From an uncultured Bdellovibrionales bacterium (GTDB taxonomy: Bacteria > Patescibacteriota > Minisyncoccia > Moranbacterales > DUUL01): DNA of 59,648 nucleotides. Below the pieces are notes generated by a model. The model was not told the DNA's origin. It ran no database searches and saw nothing but the letters and a program-made list of their open reading frames with translations. Where the stretch lies: assembly GCA_964643985.1 (NCBI GenBank), contig CAZXUS010000002.1:1-59648 (forward strand). Reading direction: 5' to 3'. This document shows positions 1 to 10,400 of this stretch, piece after piece (positions within the stretch are counted from its first letter, which is position 1; the number at the start of each line of letters is the position of its first letter). A program made the translations under genes and the position numbers.

Positions 1-88
1 GTCCCCGCATTGTAAAAAATCCCTTATTTAAGGGATTTTTTGGTGGTTAAAAATTTGAACGATCGAACGAGCTTGAATTTTTTGAATT
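1..88. repeat. Dispersed structured repeat, family D, copy A (cut by window edge); contains terminator-like hairpin AAAAAATCCCTT-ATTT-AAGGGATTTTTT at 14-41
   Basis: Aligns by eye almost base for base with 7123-7204 (GTCCCGCAT.GTAAAAATCCCTT.ATTTAAGGGATTTTTTGGTGGTTAAAAATTTG...). The hairpin has A-run and T-run flanks, so it could terminate in both directions. Confidence 0.7.
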
Positions 89-99
89 CATAGATTTAA

Positions 100-501
100 C
101 TAGAATAAGTCAGTGTCTTTAATACTAAGATATTTTTTTATACTAAGGAATAGCAATGTACCTGATAAAAAAAGAGGAATAAATATAATTGTAAAAATAA
201 TTGATAGGAAATAATATTGAAGGGAGAAGTTGAAAATTGAACTTAAGATTAATGGAAAAACAATCAGAACTATTAAAATATACAAAACGGGTAACGCGAA
301 TTTTAGGGTGCTTTTTGTGGGAACATATTTTTTTAAAAACCAAGAAAGAAAATAAAAACTGACTGCCAGAATTAAATAGTCAATAATCATTAGTGCCCCA
401 GTCCAATACATCCAAGTTAAATTGCCGCCGTCTTCCTTGGATAACATCACTCCAAAGTTAATGTAAACAGCATAAAAAAATAAAAAAAAGACAAAAGCCA
501 A
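100..501 (-). CDS. Hypothetical multi-pass membrane protein
   Basis: 133-aa ORF, strongly hydrophobic with several TM-length stretches. Hairpin 14-41 lies just downstream. No family recognised. Confidence 0.5.
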   Translation of the reverse strand: MAFVFFLFFYAVYINFGVMLSKEDGGNLTWMYWTGALMIIDYLILAVSFYFLSWFLKKYVPTKSTLKFALPVLYILIVLIVFPLILSSIFNFSLQYYFLSIIFTIIFIPLFLSGTLLFLSIKKYLSIKDTDLF

Positions 502-725
502 GAAGCTTAGAATAATAAGAATAAAAATTTCCTTTTTTTAATTTCCTTTTTTAATTTTCTTGTTCATTTGTTGCTTGTAAGTGGTGTTTATTCAAATTAA
601 AAATATCATAAAACAATACTTTGAGTCAATAATATAAGAGTTATTTGTTGAAATTGGTTTTGTGGTATAAAATTATAAGCGTTGGTTGAATTCAACCAGC
701 GCTTATTACTTTTAAAAAAATAATT

Positions 726-1190
726 ATGCAAAAATTAATAGTTAAGCCTCATCATTTTTTAGATATTATTAAACTCCATGGATCAGGTTTGGATTCTTTT
801 GTTCCAGCACCAGATTTTGGACATGACTTTTATCGAGTAGGGAACGTTATTCTTGAAAATCCTGAAGTAATTATTCAATTAACAATTATTGGGGATGATA
901 TTTGTATCCCTTGTAAATATTTTGATGGAGAAAAATGTATTGGTGATTCTAATAATAATCCTCAGTACCAGAAGAAGGAAGACTGGAATCGTTTAATTGA
1001 TTCTCGTTTATTCGAAAAATTAAATTTAAAAGACGGTGATGAGATAAAAGCTTTAGATTTAGTAATTTTAGCTAAAGAAAAAATTAAAGAAAAAGATATT
1101 TTAGAAGTTTGGAAGGAAAAAATAATTCCGCAAAGAGCAACTTTTTTGATAAAAGGAATTAATAAATATCTAGAAAATAATAGAAAATAA
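726..1190 (+). CDS. DUF1284-like protein (possible metal/Fe-S binding)
   Basis: N-terminal KPHHFLD motif and Cys cluster ICIPCKYFDGEKC resemble DUF1284 by eye. ATG start, TAA stop. Confidence 0.4.
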   Translation: MQKLIVKPHHFLDIIKLHGSGLDSFVPAPDFGHDFYRVGNVILENPEVIIQLTIIGDDICIPCKYFDGEKCIGDSNNNPQYQKKEDWNRLIDSRLFEKLNLKDGDEIKALDLVILAKEKIKEKDILEVWKEKIIPQRATFLIKGINKYLENNRK

Positions 1191-1458
1191 TTTTTTTAAA
1201 TAATTTTTTGTATCATTGTTAATAAATTTAAGTTTTATTTTAGTATAAGTTATTAGCTCAATTATTTATTTTCAACTATTATAAATAGATAATAACGTTT
1301 TAATATTGTTCTATACTTTTTGCAGAATACCTTTAAGTGGCTTGTATGAGTCATTTTTTTGGTGGGGAAGTTTATAAATTTAGGTTTGTTTTATTTAAAT
1401 CTATTGATAATTTTTAGTTCTTAGGTTATTGTTATTGGGTAAATTTTATTTTAAAAAA

Positions 1459-2184
1459 ATGAAAAAATTTTTAATTTCCATTTTAGTTATTTTCATAATT
1501 ATTCTAATAGCCGGAATGACTTATTGGTATAAAAATCAACCAATTATTCAAGATCTTGGAAATGGTTGGAAATCATATTTTCATCCTCAGATTGGTTTTA
1601 CAGTGAAAATTCCGAGTGATGCGGAAGGTGTATTTAAATTGCAAGGAGATAAAAATGAACATTCAGTTGTATATTTTTCTAAGGGATTAATTAACACCAT
1701 AAGTTCTTCGGAGCATTCAGATTATGAAAAAAATTCTGAAAATTATTATAATCAGATCTATTTAGATCGTAATGAAAGGAGTGTTGTTGAAAGTGAAGAA
1801 GAAGCAGAATGGAAAACAACTAAACAAAGCCGGATAAGTCGCTACAAGATAAATCGAAAAAGAAATTTTCTGAAAAAATTTATAATTGATGATAAAGAAA
1901 TATTGATTAGTTTTGAAGAATATGAAATTGGAAATACTGAGGAAGATGTTTTATTAAATTTTAAAACTAATTCTATTTTAATAGCTGACAAAACAAGAAA
2001 TCATGGGATATATTTAGACGGAGGAAATTTCATTCGTCAAAAAATTGATTATGAAAATTCTTTTCACCACCAAATTACCGTTACTCCAGACCACCTTCAC
2101 TACACCCAAGAAGAAATAGAAAGATTCATTGAGCAAGATGTGGAAAAAATTAAAGAGCTAATAATTTCGATAGACAATTTCTAA
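1459..2184 (+). CDS. Hypothetical N-terminally membrane-anchored protein, tandem paralogue 1
   Basis: The ORF track starts at TTG 1429. ATG 1459 (MKKFLISILV...) matches the start of paralogue 2. One N-terminal TM; conserved blocks HPQIGFTVKIP, SRYKINRKR, VTPDH.HYTQEEIE.FI.QDVEKIKELI.SIDNF are shared with 2313-2996. Confidence 0.6.
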   Translation: MKKFLISILVIFIIILIAGMTYWYKNQPIIQDLGNGWKSYFHPQIGFTVKIPSDAEGVFKLQGDKNEHSVVYFSKGLINTISSSEHSDYEKNSENYYNQIYLDRNERSVVESEEEAEWKTTKQSRISRYKINRKRNFLKKFIIDDKEILISFEEYEIGNTEEDVLLNFKTNSILIADKTRNHGIYLDGGNFIRQKIDYENSFHHQITVTPDHLHYTQEEIERFIEQDVEKIKELIISIDNF

Positions 2185-2312
2185 TTGTATTCTCTAAAAC
2201 TTTCTTTTTAATAAAAGAAAGTTAAAAGAATCTTGAGCTGTTTTTATTTAAATCTATTGATAATCACTAGTTTTTAAGCTAATATCAAAAGGTAAAAATT
2301 TTATTTAAAACT

Positions 2313-2996
2313 ATGAAAAAATTTCTCATTAGCATATCGGTGATAATTATATTAATAGCAACAGCCATAACAATTTATTGGTATAAAAACCAATCAACTA
2401 TTGTTGATCTTGGTGACGGTTGGAACTCTTATTCTCATCCTCAAATTGGTTTTACGGTTAAGATTCCGAATGGTGCGGAGACGAGCTTTGAGTTGCAGGG
2501 AGACAAAAATGATCATTCAGTAGTGCATTTTTCTGAGGGGTTAGTTTATTCCATACGTGCTTCAGAACATTCAGATTATGGTGAAAATGTTGAAGACTAT
2601 AATCAAATTTACTTAGATCGTAGAAATTATACAGGAGAAGAAGAAAATAAATGGATTGTACGTGAACAAAGTAGTGTGAGTAGGTACAAGATAAATCGCA
2701 AAAGAAAATTTATTAGAAAATTTATGGTTGTTGGCAAAGAAGTGTTAGTAGGCTTTGAGGAAAATGAACTTGGGAATATAGAAGAAAATGTTTTACTAAA
2801 GTTTAAAATTACTGGTGTTTCGATAGCTGGTAAAAATAAAAATCATAGTTTATCTTTTGGCTTAAGAAATATTTTCATTCACCAAATTATGGTCACCCCA
2901 GACCACCCTCACTACACCCAAGAAGAAATAGAAAAATTTATAAAACAAGACGTAGAAAAAATTAAAGAGCTGATAAGCTCAATAGATAACTTTTAA
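2313..2996 (+). CDS. Hypothetical N-terminally membrane-anchored protein, tandem paralogue 2
   Basis: 227-aa ORF, collinear with 1459-2184 and roughly 60 percent identical by eye. Upstream (TTTATTTAAATCTATTGATAAT) and downstream hairpin regions are duplicated too. Confidence 0.65.
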   Translation: MKKFLISISVIIILIATAITIYWYKNQSTIVDLGDGWNSYSHPQIGFTVKIPNGAETSFELQGDKNDHSVVHFSEGLVYSIRASEHSDYGENVEDYNQIYLDRRNYTGEEENKWIVREQSSVSRYKINRKRKFIRKFMVVGKEVLVGFEENELGNIEENVLLKFKITGVSIAGKNKNHSLSFGLRNIFIHQIMVTPDHPHYTQEEIEKFIKQDVEKIKELISSIDNF

Positions 2997-3113
2997 TTGT
3001 ATTTTCTGAAATCTTCTTTTGATAAAAGAGGATAAATTGAAAATATAATGGTATATTTTCGTGCTCATATAATGAGTATTAGTTTTTTGACAATTTAGAA
3101 AAGGAGCGTAAAA

Positions 3114-3662
3114 ATGAAAAAGATTCTTGTAATTTTGATTAGTATTTTTTGTTTTTCATCAATTGTAAATTCTAAAACAATTATTATCGGTTCACATGGA
3201 GGACCTTCTGTTTATCTTGGAGGATCGGATTATTCTTACTGTCCTACGGTGATGCATTGGGATCATGGTCAAGTAGAATTGAGAAATGCAGAAGACGTTG
3301 CAAGAGTTCCCGATAATAATGGCTATATACTTGCCAATGGCAAAGAATGGAATGGTCACGGCATAGACGCTTCAATCGTTTATTATCAAAATCAAAGACT
3401 TGGAGAAAGAGTTTATTCAGTGATTTTTGATCAAGCGAGTACTATAACAGTCGCTCACAAATACATTGAGCTTGTTTACGACAAAGGAGATAAAATCTTT
3501 TTGGTCGGTTATAGCGCCGGCGGAGATTTTATGATGACTCTTGCTGATTGGATGAATTCAAATGATTATCCAATCCATTTATTGGGTTTGATAGATCCTT
3601 TTGTCCTGTCTAGTGATATCACTATTCCTTCTAATGTAAAAAAAGTTGCTCTATATCATTAA
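3114..3662 (+). CDS. Secreted alpha/beta-hydrolase (esterase/lipase-like), N-terminal part ending at an in-frame TAA
   Basis: Signal-peptide-like N-terminus (MKKILVILISIFCFSSIVNS) and nucleophile elbow GYSAG. The frame continues open after TAA 3660-3662 into 3828-5081. Confidence 0.55.
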   Translation: MKKILVILISIFCFSSIVNSKTIIIGSHGGPSVYLGGSDYSYCPTVMHWDHGQVELRNAEDVARVPDNNGYILANGKEWNGHGIDASIVYYQNQRLGERVYSVIFDQASTITVAHKYIELVYDKGDKIFLVGYSAGGDFMMTLADWMNSNDYPIHLLGLIDPFVLSSDITIPSNVKKVALYH

Positions 3663-3827
3663 GAAAGCGATGATCCAGGGTGGAAAGGATTTATTCAAGG
3701 ATTTAATTCTTTTATTCTTCAAGGTTCAGAAACCCGCTATTTCTCTGGACATCCTGTTTTAATCGAAGGAGTTAATCATTCTGAGATAGATAATAGTGTA
3801 AGGGTTTGGCAAGATCTTGGTGAAAAA

Positions 3828-5081
3828 ATGCTGGCTGAAGCAGATGATTATGAACCAGAAGAGGGTCTTGTGGAATCAAAAAAACCCCCTGAACCTAAAA
3901 TCGCTGGTTATTATTATGAAGAAGGAACTGGAGTAATTTCGGTTAGTGATCAAAACAATCTCGATACTATTTTCAATGGTTCTGGTGTTGGCATTGAAGA
4001 AATCAACAACTTTACTCCCGACCTCCATTTCACCTCAGTTAAAGGAGGCTTCGCCTCAGAAGATGAAGATAAGATGAATAATTCTATTACCGAAAATCTT
4101 TATCCTGGGCAATGTATTAAAGTCAGTTTTGTCGCCAGATATATCAACGAATCTGACCAAACAGCCGAGGAAGTTGATTTTGATTGGCGATCTGATCAAG
4201 AAAACAATCGTTTTGATGAAGACGATGACAAACTTTGTGATGAAAACAAAGAAGATGTCAAAGCTCACACCAAAAACAAAAAAACTTTTAAAAACGCTTC
4301 TTTGTGTGTTTCAGAAGACGGCACAAAGATAACCCTCACTGGACCAGATGGAAACATCAGTTCAGATTTTAAATACAATCAAGATAAAGGATCCTACATT
4401 GCTAAACTTTATGTTTTTGGTGATGTTGAAGAGAAGGGAAGATCTAATGGTGATCAAGATATCTCTTCAGAAAACGGAGATGAATCTACTGAAATTGAAA
4501 TTACCTTGATTTCTTTTAAACCTAATTTTACTATTAGCACCAAAGAAATAATCGGACCAGCTACTGTCAATTTCACTGATACAACAGAAGGATTTGTCAG
4601 TGCTTGGAACTGGAACTTTGGTGACGGAACTACTTCCACTGAAATCAACCCTAGTCACTACTATACCAAATTTGGAACTCATAAAGTGACGATGACGGTT
4701 GGTAACGGAGAATTTACAGCTGATACTTCTCAAGCTGTAACTATTAAAAAACCACCAGCTCCTTCTATCACCATCACCGAACCCAGAAGAGGCAAAAAGT
4801 GGAAATCCAACAAAGAATATAGAATTAAATGGAACTATAAAAATCTTCCTAAGAACGAACCCATTAAGATTGAATACTCCTGTAATGGCGGAAAAAGATG
4901 GAGGACTATTTACCGAGGTTATACCAACAATGACGGTTCTAAGAAATGGAAAATGAAAAAATCTAAGACTAAAGATTCGAAGAATTGCTACATTAGAATT
5001 CTGAGAAGATCTGACGGTTCAGTTTTAGGAATTTCTCCAAAGTTTAGAATCGATCATAAGAGGAAAACGCCGAAGTGGTAG
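3828..5081 (+). CDS. PKD-domain surface protein, probably the C-terminal continuation of 3114-3662
   Basis: PKD signature (VNFTDTT...WNWNFGDGTTS...HYYTKFGTHKVTMTV), acidic N-terminal region, basic C-terminal Ig-like module. Same frame as 3114-3662 with no stop between 3663 and 3827. Confidence 0.55.
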   Translation: MLAEADDYEPEEGLVESKKPPEPKIAGYYYEEGTGVISVSDQNNLDTIFNGSGVGIEEINNFTPDLHFTSVKGGFASEDEDKMNNSITENLYPGQCIKVSFVARYINESDQTAEEVDFDWRSDQENNRFDEDDDKLCDENKEDVKAHTKNKKTFKNASLCVSEDGTKITLTGPDGNISSDFKYNQDKGSYIAKLYVFGDVEEKGRSNGDQDISSENGDESTEIEITLISFKPNFTISTKEIIGPATVNFTDTTEGFVSAWNWNFGDGTTSTEINPSHYYTKFGTHKVTMTVGNGEFTADTSQAVTIKKPPAPSITITEPRRGKKWKSNKEYRIKWNYKNLPKNEPIKIEYSCNGGKRWRTIYRGYTNNDGSKKWKMKKSKTKDSKNCYIRILRRSDGSVLGISPKFRIDHKRKTPKW

Positions 5082-5114
5082 AAGTTAAAATAAAATTTTT
5101 AAATAAAAGAAAAA

Positions 5115-5144
5115 GGCAGTTGCTAAATTGGAACTGTCTTTTTT
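5115..5144 (+). terminator. Rho-independent terminator candidate after the PKD protein
   Basis: GGCAGTT-N10-AACTGTC stem (one G-T pair) followed by TTTTTT. Confidence 0.5.
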
Positions 5145-5450
5145 GCTTTGAAAATATTTTTCAAAACAATTAAATCTTTTTTATATTTCAACTATTGAAA
5201 TCAAATTCTTAGAAAAAGTTCAAATTTGTTTATAGCAGGCGTTGTTTGGTCTGTTCTATAATCGAATTTAAAAGAGATACCATATTCTTTTTGAGTTTAT
5301 TATGATTATTGGAGAGGACAGTTTATGTTTACAATGTAGTGTTGAGTGAATTTATTTTTTCTTTCACTAATTAGTGTTGATTTTTTGATAAAAGTCTTTT
5401 AATTCCAAGCTTTTAGTGATATTATTGAAAGGCAAAATTAATCATTGTTT

Positions 5451-6149
5451 ATGAGTAATTCAAAAAATAATACTGAAGATATTTATTTTTTAGTTCCGGG
5501 CTTCTTGGGAAATTTTTCTGAAGGACTTTTTAGCGATTTATATAATTTTTTGATTTCCGAAAAAGAAAATGTTGAGAAATGTATTTTTCGAGGTCATGAA
5601 GAGTCAGAAATACAACTTGATTCAATCGATAAAATGACGAAGTTTGTTTTTTATCGGTTCTTGGATATAAGAAGGGCTAATCCGAATAAAAATATTATTA
5701 TTATAGCTCATTCACAAGGAACTGCTATTGTAGCTAAATTAGTTGGTTTTTTGGACATTAATACAATCATTATTCTTTTATCTCCTGTTGTATATATAAG
5801 TGAAATGTTGAATCATCGTATTTCTAAAAATAATTTAGAGAAAATTGATGCTGGAAAATCAGTAAAATGTGAACTTGCTCAAAATAAATATGGAATTATA
5901 AATAAAAAATGGGTAGATTCATATCGTAATTTTCATATTAACGAAAAAGATCTTTGCAATTTAAAACAAAGGTTTTTAATCATAAGACCTACTAATGATT
6001 ATATTCCGAAAAAGAATTTCGAGGTATTAAAAAATAATATTTCGAATGTCACTTGTTTTGAAATCGAAGGAGATCATATTTTTAAAAATCCAAAAAACTC
6101 TTCGGAGAAGCTCATTGAAAAAATAACTATGTGGATTAACAAAAAATAA
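5451..6149 (+). CDS. Alpha/beta hydrolase family protein
   Basis: Nucleophile elbow AHSQG (IIIIAHSQGTAIV) and C-terminal GDHIF (putative catalytic His). ATG 5451 preferred over track TTG 5445. Confidence 0.6.
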   Translation: MSNSKNNTEDIYFLVPGFLGNFSEGLFSDLYNFLISEKENVEKCIFRGHEESEIQLDSIDKMTKFVFYRFLDIRRANPNKNIIIIAHSQGTAIVAKLVGFLDINTIIILLSPVVYISEMLNHRISKNNLEKIDAGKSVKCELAQNKYGIINKKWVDSYRNFHINEKDLCNLKQRFLIIRPTNDYIPKKNFEVLKNNISNVTCFEIEGDHIFKNPKNSSEKLIEKITMWINKK

Positions 6150-6165
6150 TTACTTGGAGGAAAAA

Positions 6166-6804
6166 ATGAATAGAGAAAGGTATATTCAACACTCCCTAGA
6201 TTATTTTAAGGGAAAAATTACAATAAAAAAATTGATGGAGATGTTAAATGCAGAAATTAGTTTTTCAGTTTCAGGAAAGAAATTGTTGCCAAGTGAAAGA
6301 TTTCTGATTATAGCTAATCATTCATTGCAAACGCCTGAATTGTATATACCAGCAAAAAAAATCGAGAATCTAAAAGGAGGCAATAAATATAACTATGAAA
6401 CTTTTCATTTTCCAATTTTAACGCAAATTTTATTTCAAAAGTTAATCGGAAATAAATTTACTGCAATAGTAGAAGACATTGGCTGGATTGATGTGTCAAA
6501 AGAACTGGGTCATGTGATTGTAAAAAAAGAAGGAGACGATAAATTAAAAGATATAGTTTCGAAGTTAACCAAATCCAATAAATCGATTGTGGTTTTTCCA
6601 GAGGGAGGTTCAAGAAGATTGGCTCAATTTCATTCTGGTTTTTTGCATATTGCACAACAATTGAATATAAAATATTTAGTTGTAGCGGCAACTTCTCCAA
6701 GACCTTCTTTAAAAGGACATAATTTTTTAAAAGTAATTAAAATTTTTAATTTGGACGATATTCAAAATAATTTTAAAGAATTTGTTGAAGAGCAAAGGAT
6801 GTGA
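6166..6804 (+). CDS. PlsC-like (lysophospholipid) acyltransferase family protein
   Basis: FPEGGSRR matches acyltransferase block III. Block I is atypical (ANHSLQTPE rather than HX4D). GGAGG sits 6 nt before ATG 6166, so this is preferred over track TTG 6154. Confidence 0.5.
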   Translation: MNRERYIQHSLDYFKGKITIKKLMEMLNAEISFSVSGKKLLPSERFLIIANHSLQTPELYIPAKKIENLKGGNKYNYETFHFPILTQILFQKLIGNKFTAIVEDIGWIDVSKELGHVIVKKEGDDKLKDIVSKLTKSNKSIVVFPEGGSRRLAQFHSGFLHIAQQLNIKYLVVAATSPRPSLKGHNFLKVIKIFNLDDIQNNFKEFVEEQRM

Positions 6805-7100
6805 ATTATTTCTGCTCTCGAAAATGCTAAAATGAAAGATTTCTTATAGTATTTTTTCGAATAAAGCTCTTAGTGAATCTTTGCTAAGGGCTTTTAAACT
6901 ACGATAAAGTTTTAAAGTTGTTTCATACTTTTTGCAGATCAAAGATACTCTAAAAGGGATTTTTGTTATGGTTTGTGGGGATCTAAGGATGAGCTTAAAA
7001 CTTTCGGTTGGAGGTTTGTTGAAAAATATTTTATTAAAGCGATTAAACAATTTTTATACATCAGTTATTAAGACTAAATTTGTTCTATTTTCCATAAAAT

Positions 7101-7204
7101 AAGTTCGAACGTCGTTCAGTTTGTCCCGCATCGTAAAAATCCCTTTATTTAAGGGATTTTTTGGTGGTTAAAAATTTGGATGACCGAACGGGTTCGAATT
7201 TTCA
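7101..7204. repeat. Dispersed structured repeat, family D, copy B
   Basis: 7123-7204 matches 1-88. An outer stem (TTCGAACGTCGTTC 7104-7117 pairing with GAACGGGTTCGAA 7186-7198) encloses the inner terminator-like hairpin 7135-7162. Confidence 0.7.
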
Positions 7205-7464
7205 TGGTAGTATTTGTGCGGAAGAGGGAGTTTTTGAAATATAGCGATATCTTTTTGTTTTTGAATTTGTAAAATTATTATACATAAACTATAATAAATA
7301 TATAGTCATCAAAAATAAAATATAAACATGTTGATTTTATTAACATCACAGAGGGAATATCTGGTAAATATAGATGATACCAAGGCGTATTTAAGTTGAG
7401 AGGGAAACCTTTTTTTTTGTTTTTTAAAATTGTAAACAATATTATAAAAAAATAATAAACTTTT

Positions 7465-10400
7465 ATGAATAGTGAAGAAAATTCAAAAGAAAAAATAAGT
7501 TGGTTATCTGTTGTTAGTTTCGGGATGGGTGTACTTTCAATTTTTTTGGTAGTAGTAATTCTGTTTTTAGCCATGAATCACAGCGTAGAAGCATTTTTTA
7601 ATGATAATGAGACAGAAAACGTGAATGATTTTTCTGTGGGAACAGATACAAAAGAAACGGTATGTTCGCCAGAAGACAATCTATTTTTGTATTTTCCTTT
7701 TGATGGAAATGTTTTGGATGCCAGTGGCAACAACCGGGATGCAGCAACGGAAAACACTGCTATAGTACAAGATCGTTTTGGGAACTCTGAGGGAGCATAT
7801 GACATTAGTGAAACGAATAATATAATTTTTGAGTCATATGATTTAGCAAATCTCGGGAAAGAAGTGACAATTTCTTTTTGGATGAAAACTATACAGGACG
7901 GACCTGTTGGGAACTCGATTGCGAAGATTACATCACCGTGGATACCGGACTATGGTCATCAAGTATACCATCTTAGATGGGATGGGGGGAGCTCAGGAGA
8001 TATTGGAAAATTTTCTTTCAGTTTGCATGAAGGATATGGAGGACTTGTTTCTTATTCTTCCAAAAATATTGCGGATGGTAATTGGCATAAAATAACTGGA
8101 GTTCGAAATAAGGATATTAGTTTTTCAATATATATTGATGGACAAAAAAGGGGTTTAATGCAAGTTCCTTCTTGGAGGTCTTTGGGGGATTTTTTTTATC
8201 TGAATAAACTTATTATTGGCGGCCATCCGGCGGAGATTGACGATTTTAGAATTTACACAAAACAATTAAGTAATGAAGAAATTTATAATCAGTTTCTTAG
8301 CGATCAAGAAGCCTCTCCGTTGTTGTGTGTTGAAGAGGAAATTCAAGAGAATAACGGCAATTTGGCACCACCATTTTATGTGAAGGTTCTATATCCTGGT
8401 GGCGTATCCTTGAATGACCTAAGTGAAGATGAAAATATTTCTAATATGACACCAGCATTTGTGCTAAGTATTGTAGCCCAGAGAGAAAAAGAGGATATAA
8501 AGAAATTTCAAGAAGAATACTTGTGTGTTTATTGGGAAAAATTTTCACAAGACAGTGATTTAAGAGAAGAAATATGTACAGAACACAATGTAGACGAGGG
8601 ATATGGAGAATTCGGACGACTTACTCAATCAGCAATACTAGATTATTCTAATAGTGTTTTTTATGCGGGGGGTGCAATCTTGAGGGTTATTGAGGATGAA
8701 AAAGGCGATTGGAAAAAACAAAAAGATGGAGTGAATTGGTATCATATTCAAGATGTGATGGCAGAAGATTCCAAAGGATGGGTAAATGTAGCGTCTGTAA
8801 TTGAAAATTTTAATCAACAAGTGCAAGATGAATGGGAAAAACAACATATAAAATTCATATCTCCGATTATGTCAACAATGCCAGAAACAGCAAAAGTGAG
8901 TTCAATATTTGATCATACAGGAGATTATTTGTGTGGATTTGGGTTTAATAATTTTATTTGTGATAAAAAAATTACCTCATTTTTAGAAGGTGAAGTAGGT
9001 GAAAAAATATATGGTAGCGATTCTAGCGAAGGGGCTCCAGCATACGCAAAAGAGACTGGATTGTTTTTTGAAGGATCTAGGTATATAAATTATATCGGAG
9101 CTAATATTAGCGGTTGTGTTGATAATGAGGATAATTCAATTACCTGTCTAAATAAAAAATCATATTTAAACTATGATGGACATCCAGGAATCGATTATAG
9201 TTATGGTGAGGGTACTAAGATTGTTGCTCCTGCTGATGGCGTATTATGTCTTGCCACAGAAAATACCGACAAAGAAAAAGGATTGTGGAGAAATCCAGGA
9301 AAATGTAAATATGGAGACGACGATGTTAATACTGGAGATAGTAACGGATACGAAAAACATAAAACTTTTTACATCATTCATGGTGATTCAGGTCTTACAA
9401 CGTGGTATTTACACTCATCGGAAATAATAAATAGTAATTTAGCTTTTGGGATAAATGGGGATGGATACATGAATGTAAAACAAGGACAAACTGTGGCTAA
9501 GATTGGAAAAACATGTGCTGGTTGTTTAGTTCCATATCACTTACATTTTGATGTGAGAAGTGATGATGGTGCAAATTATGCTAATCTAATAGATCCATAT
9601 GGAAATTTTTTTGGAAGTGTTGAAGAGCAATATGAAAGTTTGTGGAAAAAATTACCTTTTATCAATACGACTAATATATTTCTTGGCAGTCCAGGTGAAT
9701 TACGAGTTTATGATTTTGAAGGTAATATGACCGGATTGAAGAATGGGGAGGTAATTGAAGAGATTCCTTTTTCTGAATATGGTGATGAAAAGGTTTTGAT
9801 TCAGGGAGCTGATATTGCAAGAATAGAAGTTGTTGGTTTGGATGAGGATGTTTATCAATTGGATATTGTTCGAATAAATAATAAGAAAAGATTCAATTTT
9901 TCTGCTAATGATATTATGACATCTCAAGGGGAAATTCATAGTTTTGTTGTGGATTGGGATGGATTAGATGGTGAAGATGGTGCTGTGGAAATCGGTATTG
10001 ATAAAGATGGTGATGGTGTAGCCGAGCAAATGATTGAAATTGGCTCAGAATTCTCTGATACAACTGCACCACAAACTCAGATTTTACTTTCTGAGGCAGT
10101 TGAAAGTAATAGTTGGCACAACTTAGATGCTCAAATAATTCTCACAGCTGAAGATAACGAAGGTGGGGTAGGTGTTCAAAAAACAGAATATTCTCTTGAT
10201 GGTGGGGTGGACTGGATGCAGTACGCAGAGCCATTTGTTATTTCGGAAGAGGGAATTCACGAAGTCCAGTATCGCTCAACTGATTGGTTCGGTAGTGAGG
10301 AGGAAATTAAAACTGTTGAAATTAAGATTGACAAAACTGCACCAGAAATGGAAATTGTGCCAAAGGAGGATGAGGTCGGATTCGATATTCTCGGAATTGA

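Noticed and set aside
1459-2996. Diversity-generating retroelement (template/variable repeat) as an explanation for the two paralogues
   Set aside because: No reverse transcriptase ORF is in the window. The differences are spread over whole genes with indels rather than confined to a short adenine-specific variable region.
7186-7204. GGGTTCGAAT, a tRNA T-loop-like motif inside repeat D (and a weaker version at 60-80)
   Set aside because: No complementary T-stem, acceptor stem or anticodon arm can be drawn around it. It pairs instead with 7104-7117 as part of the repeat hairpin. I found no convincing tRNA anywhere in the window.
7278-7574. Track ORF 7278-7574 (minus strand) and 6844-7050 (minus strand)
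   Set aside because: The first overlaps the start of the 1128-aa gene and is AT-rich nonsense. The second starts at TTG, has no SD and no recognisable family. I looked for integrase or recombinase motifs because of the flanking repeats and found none.
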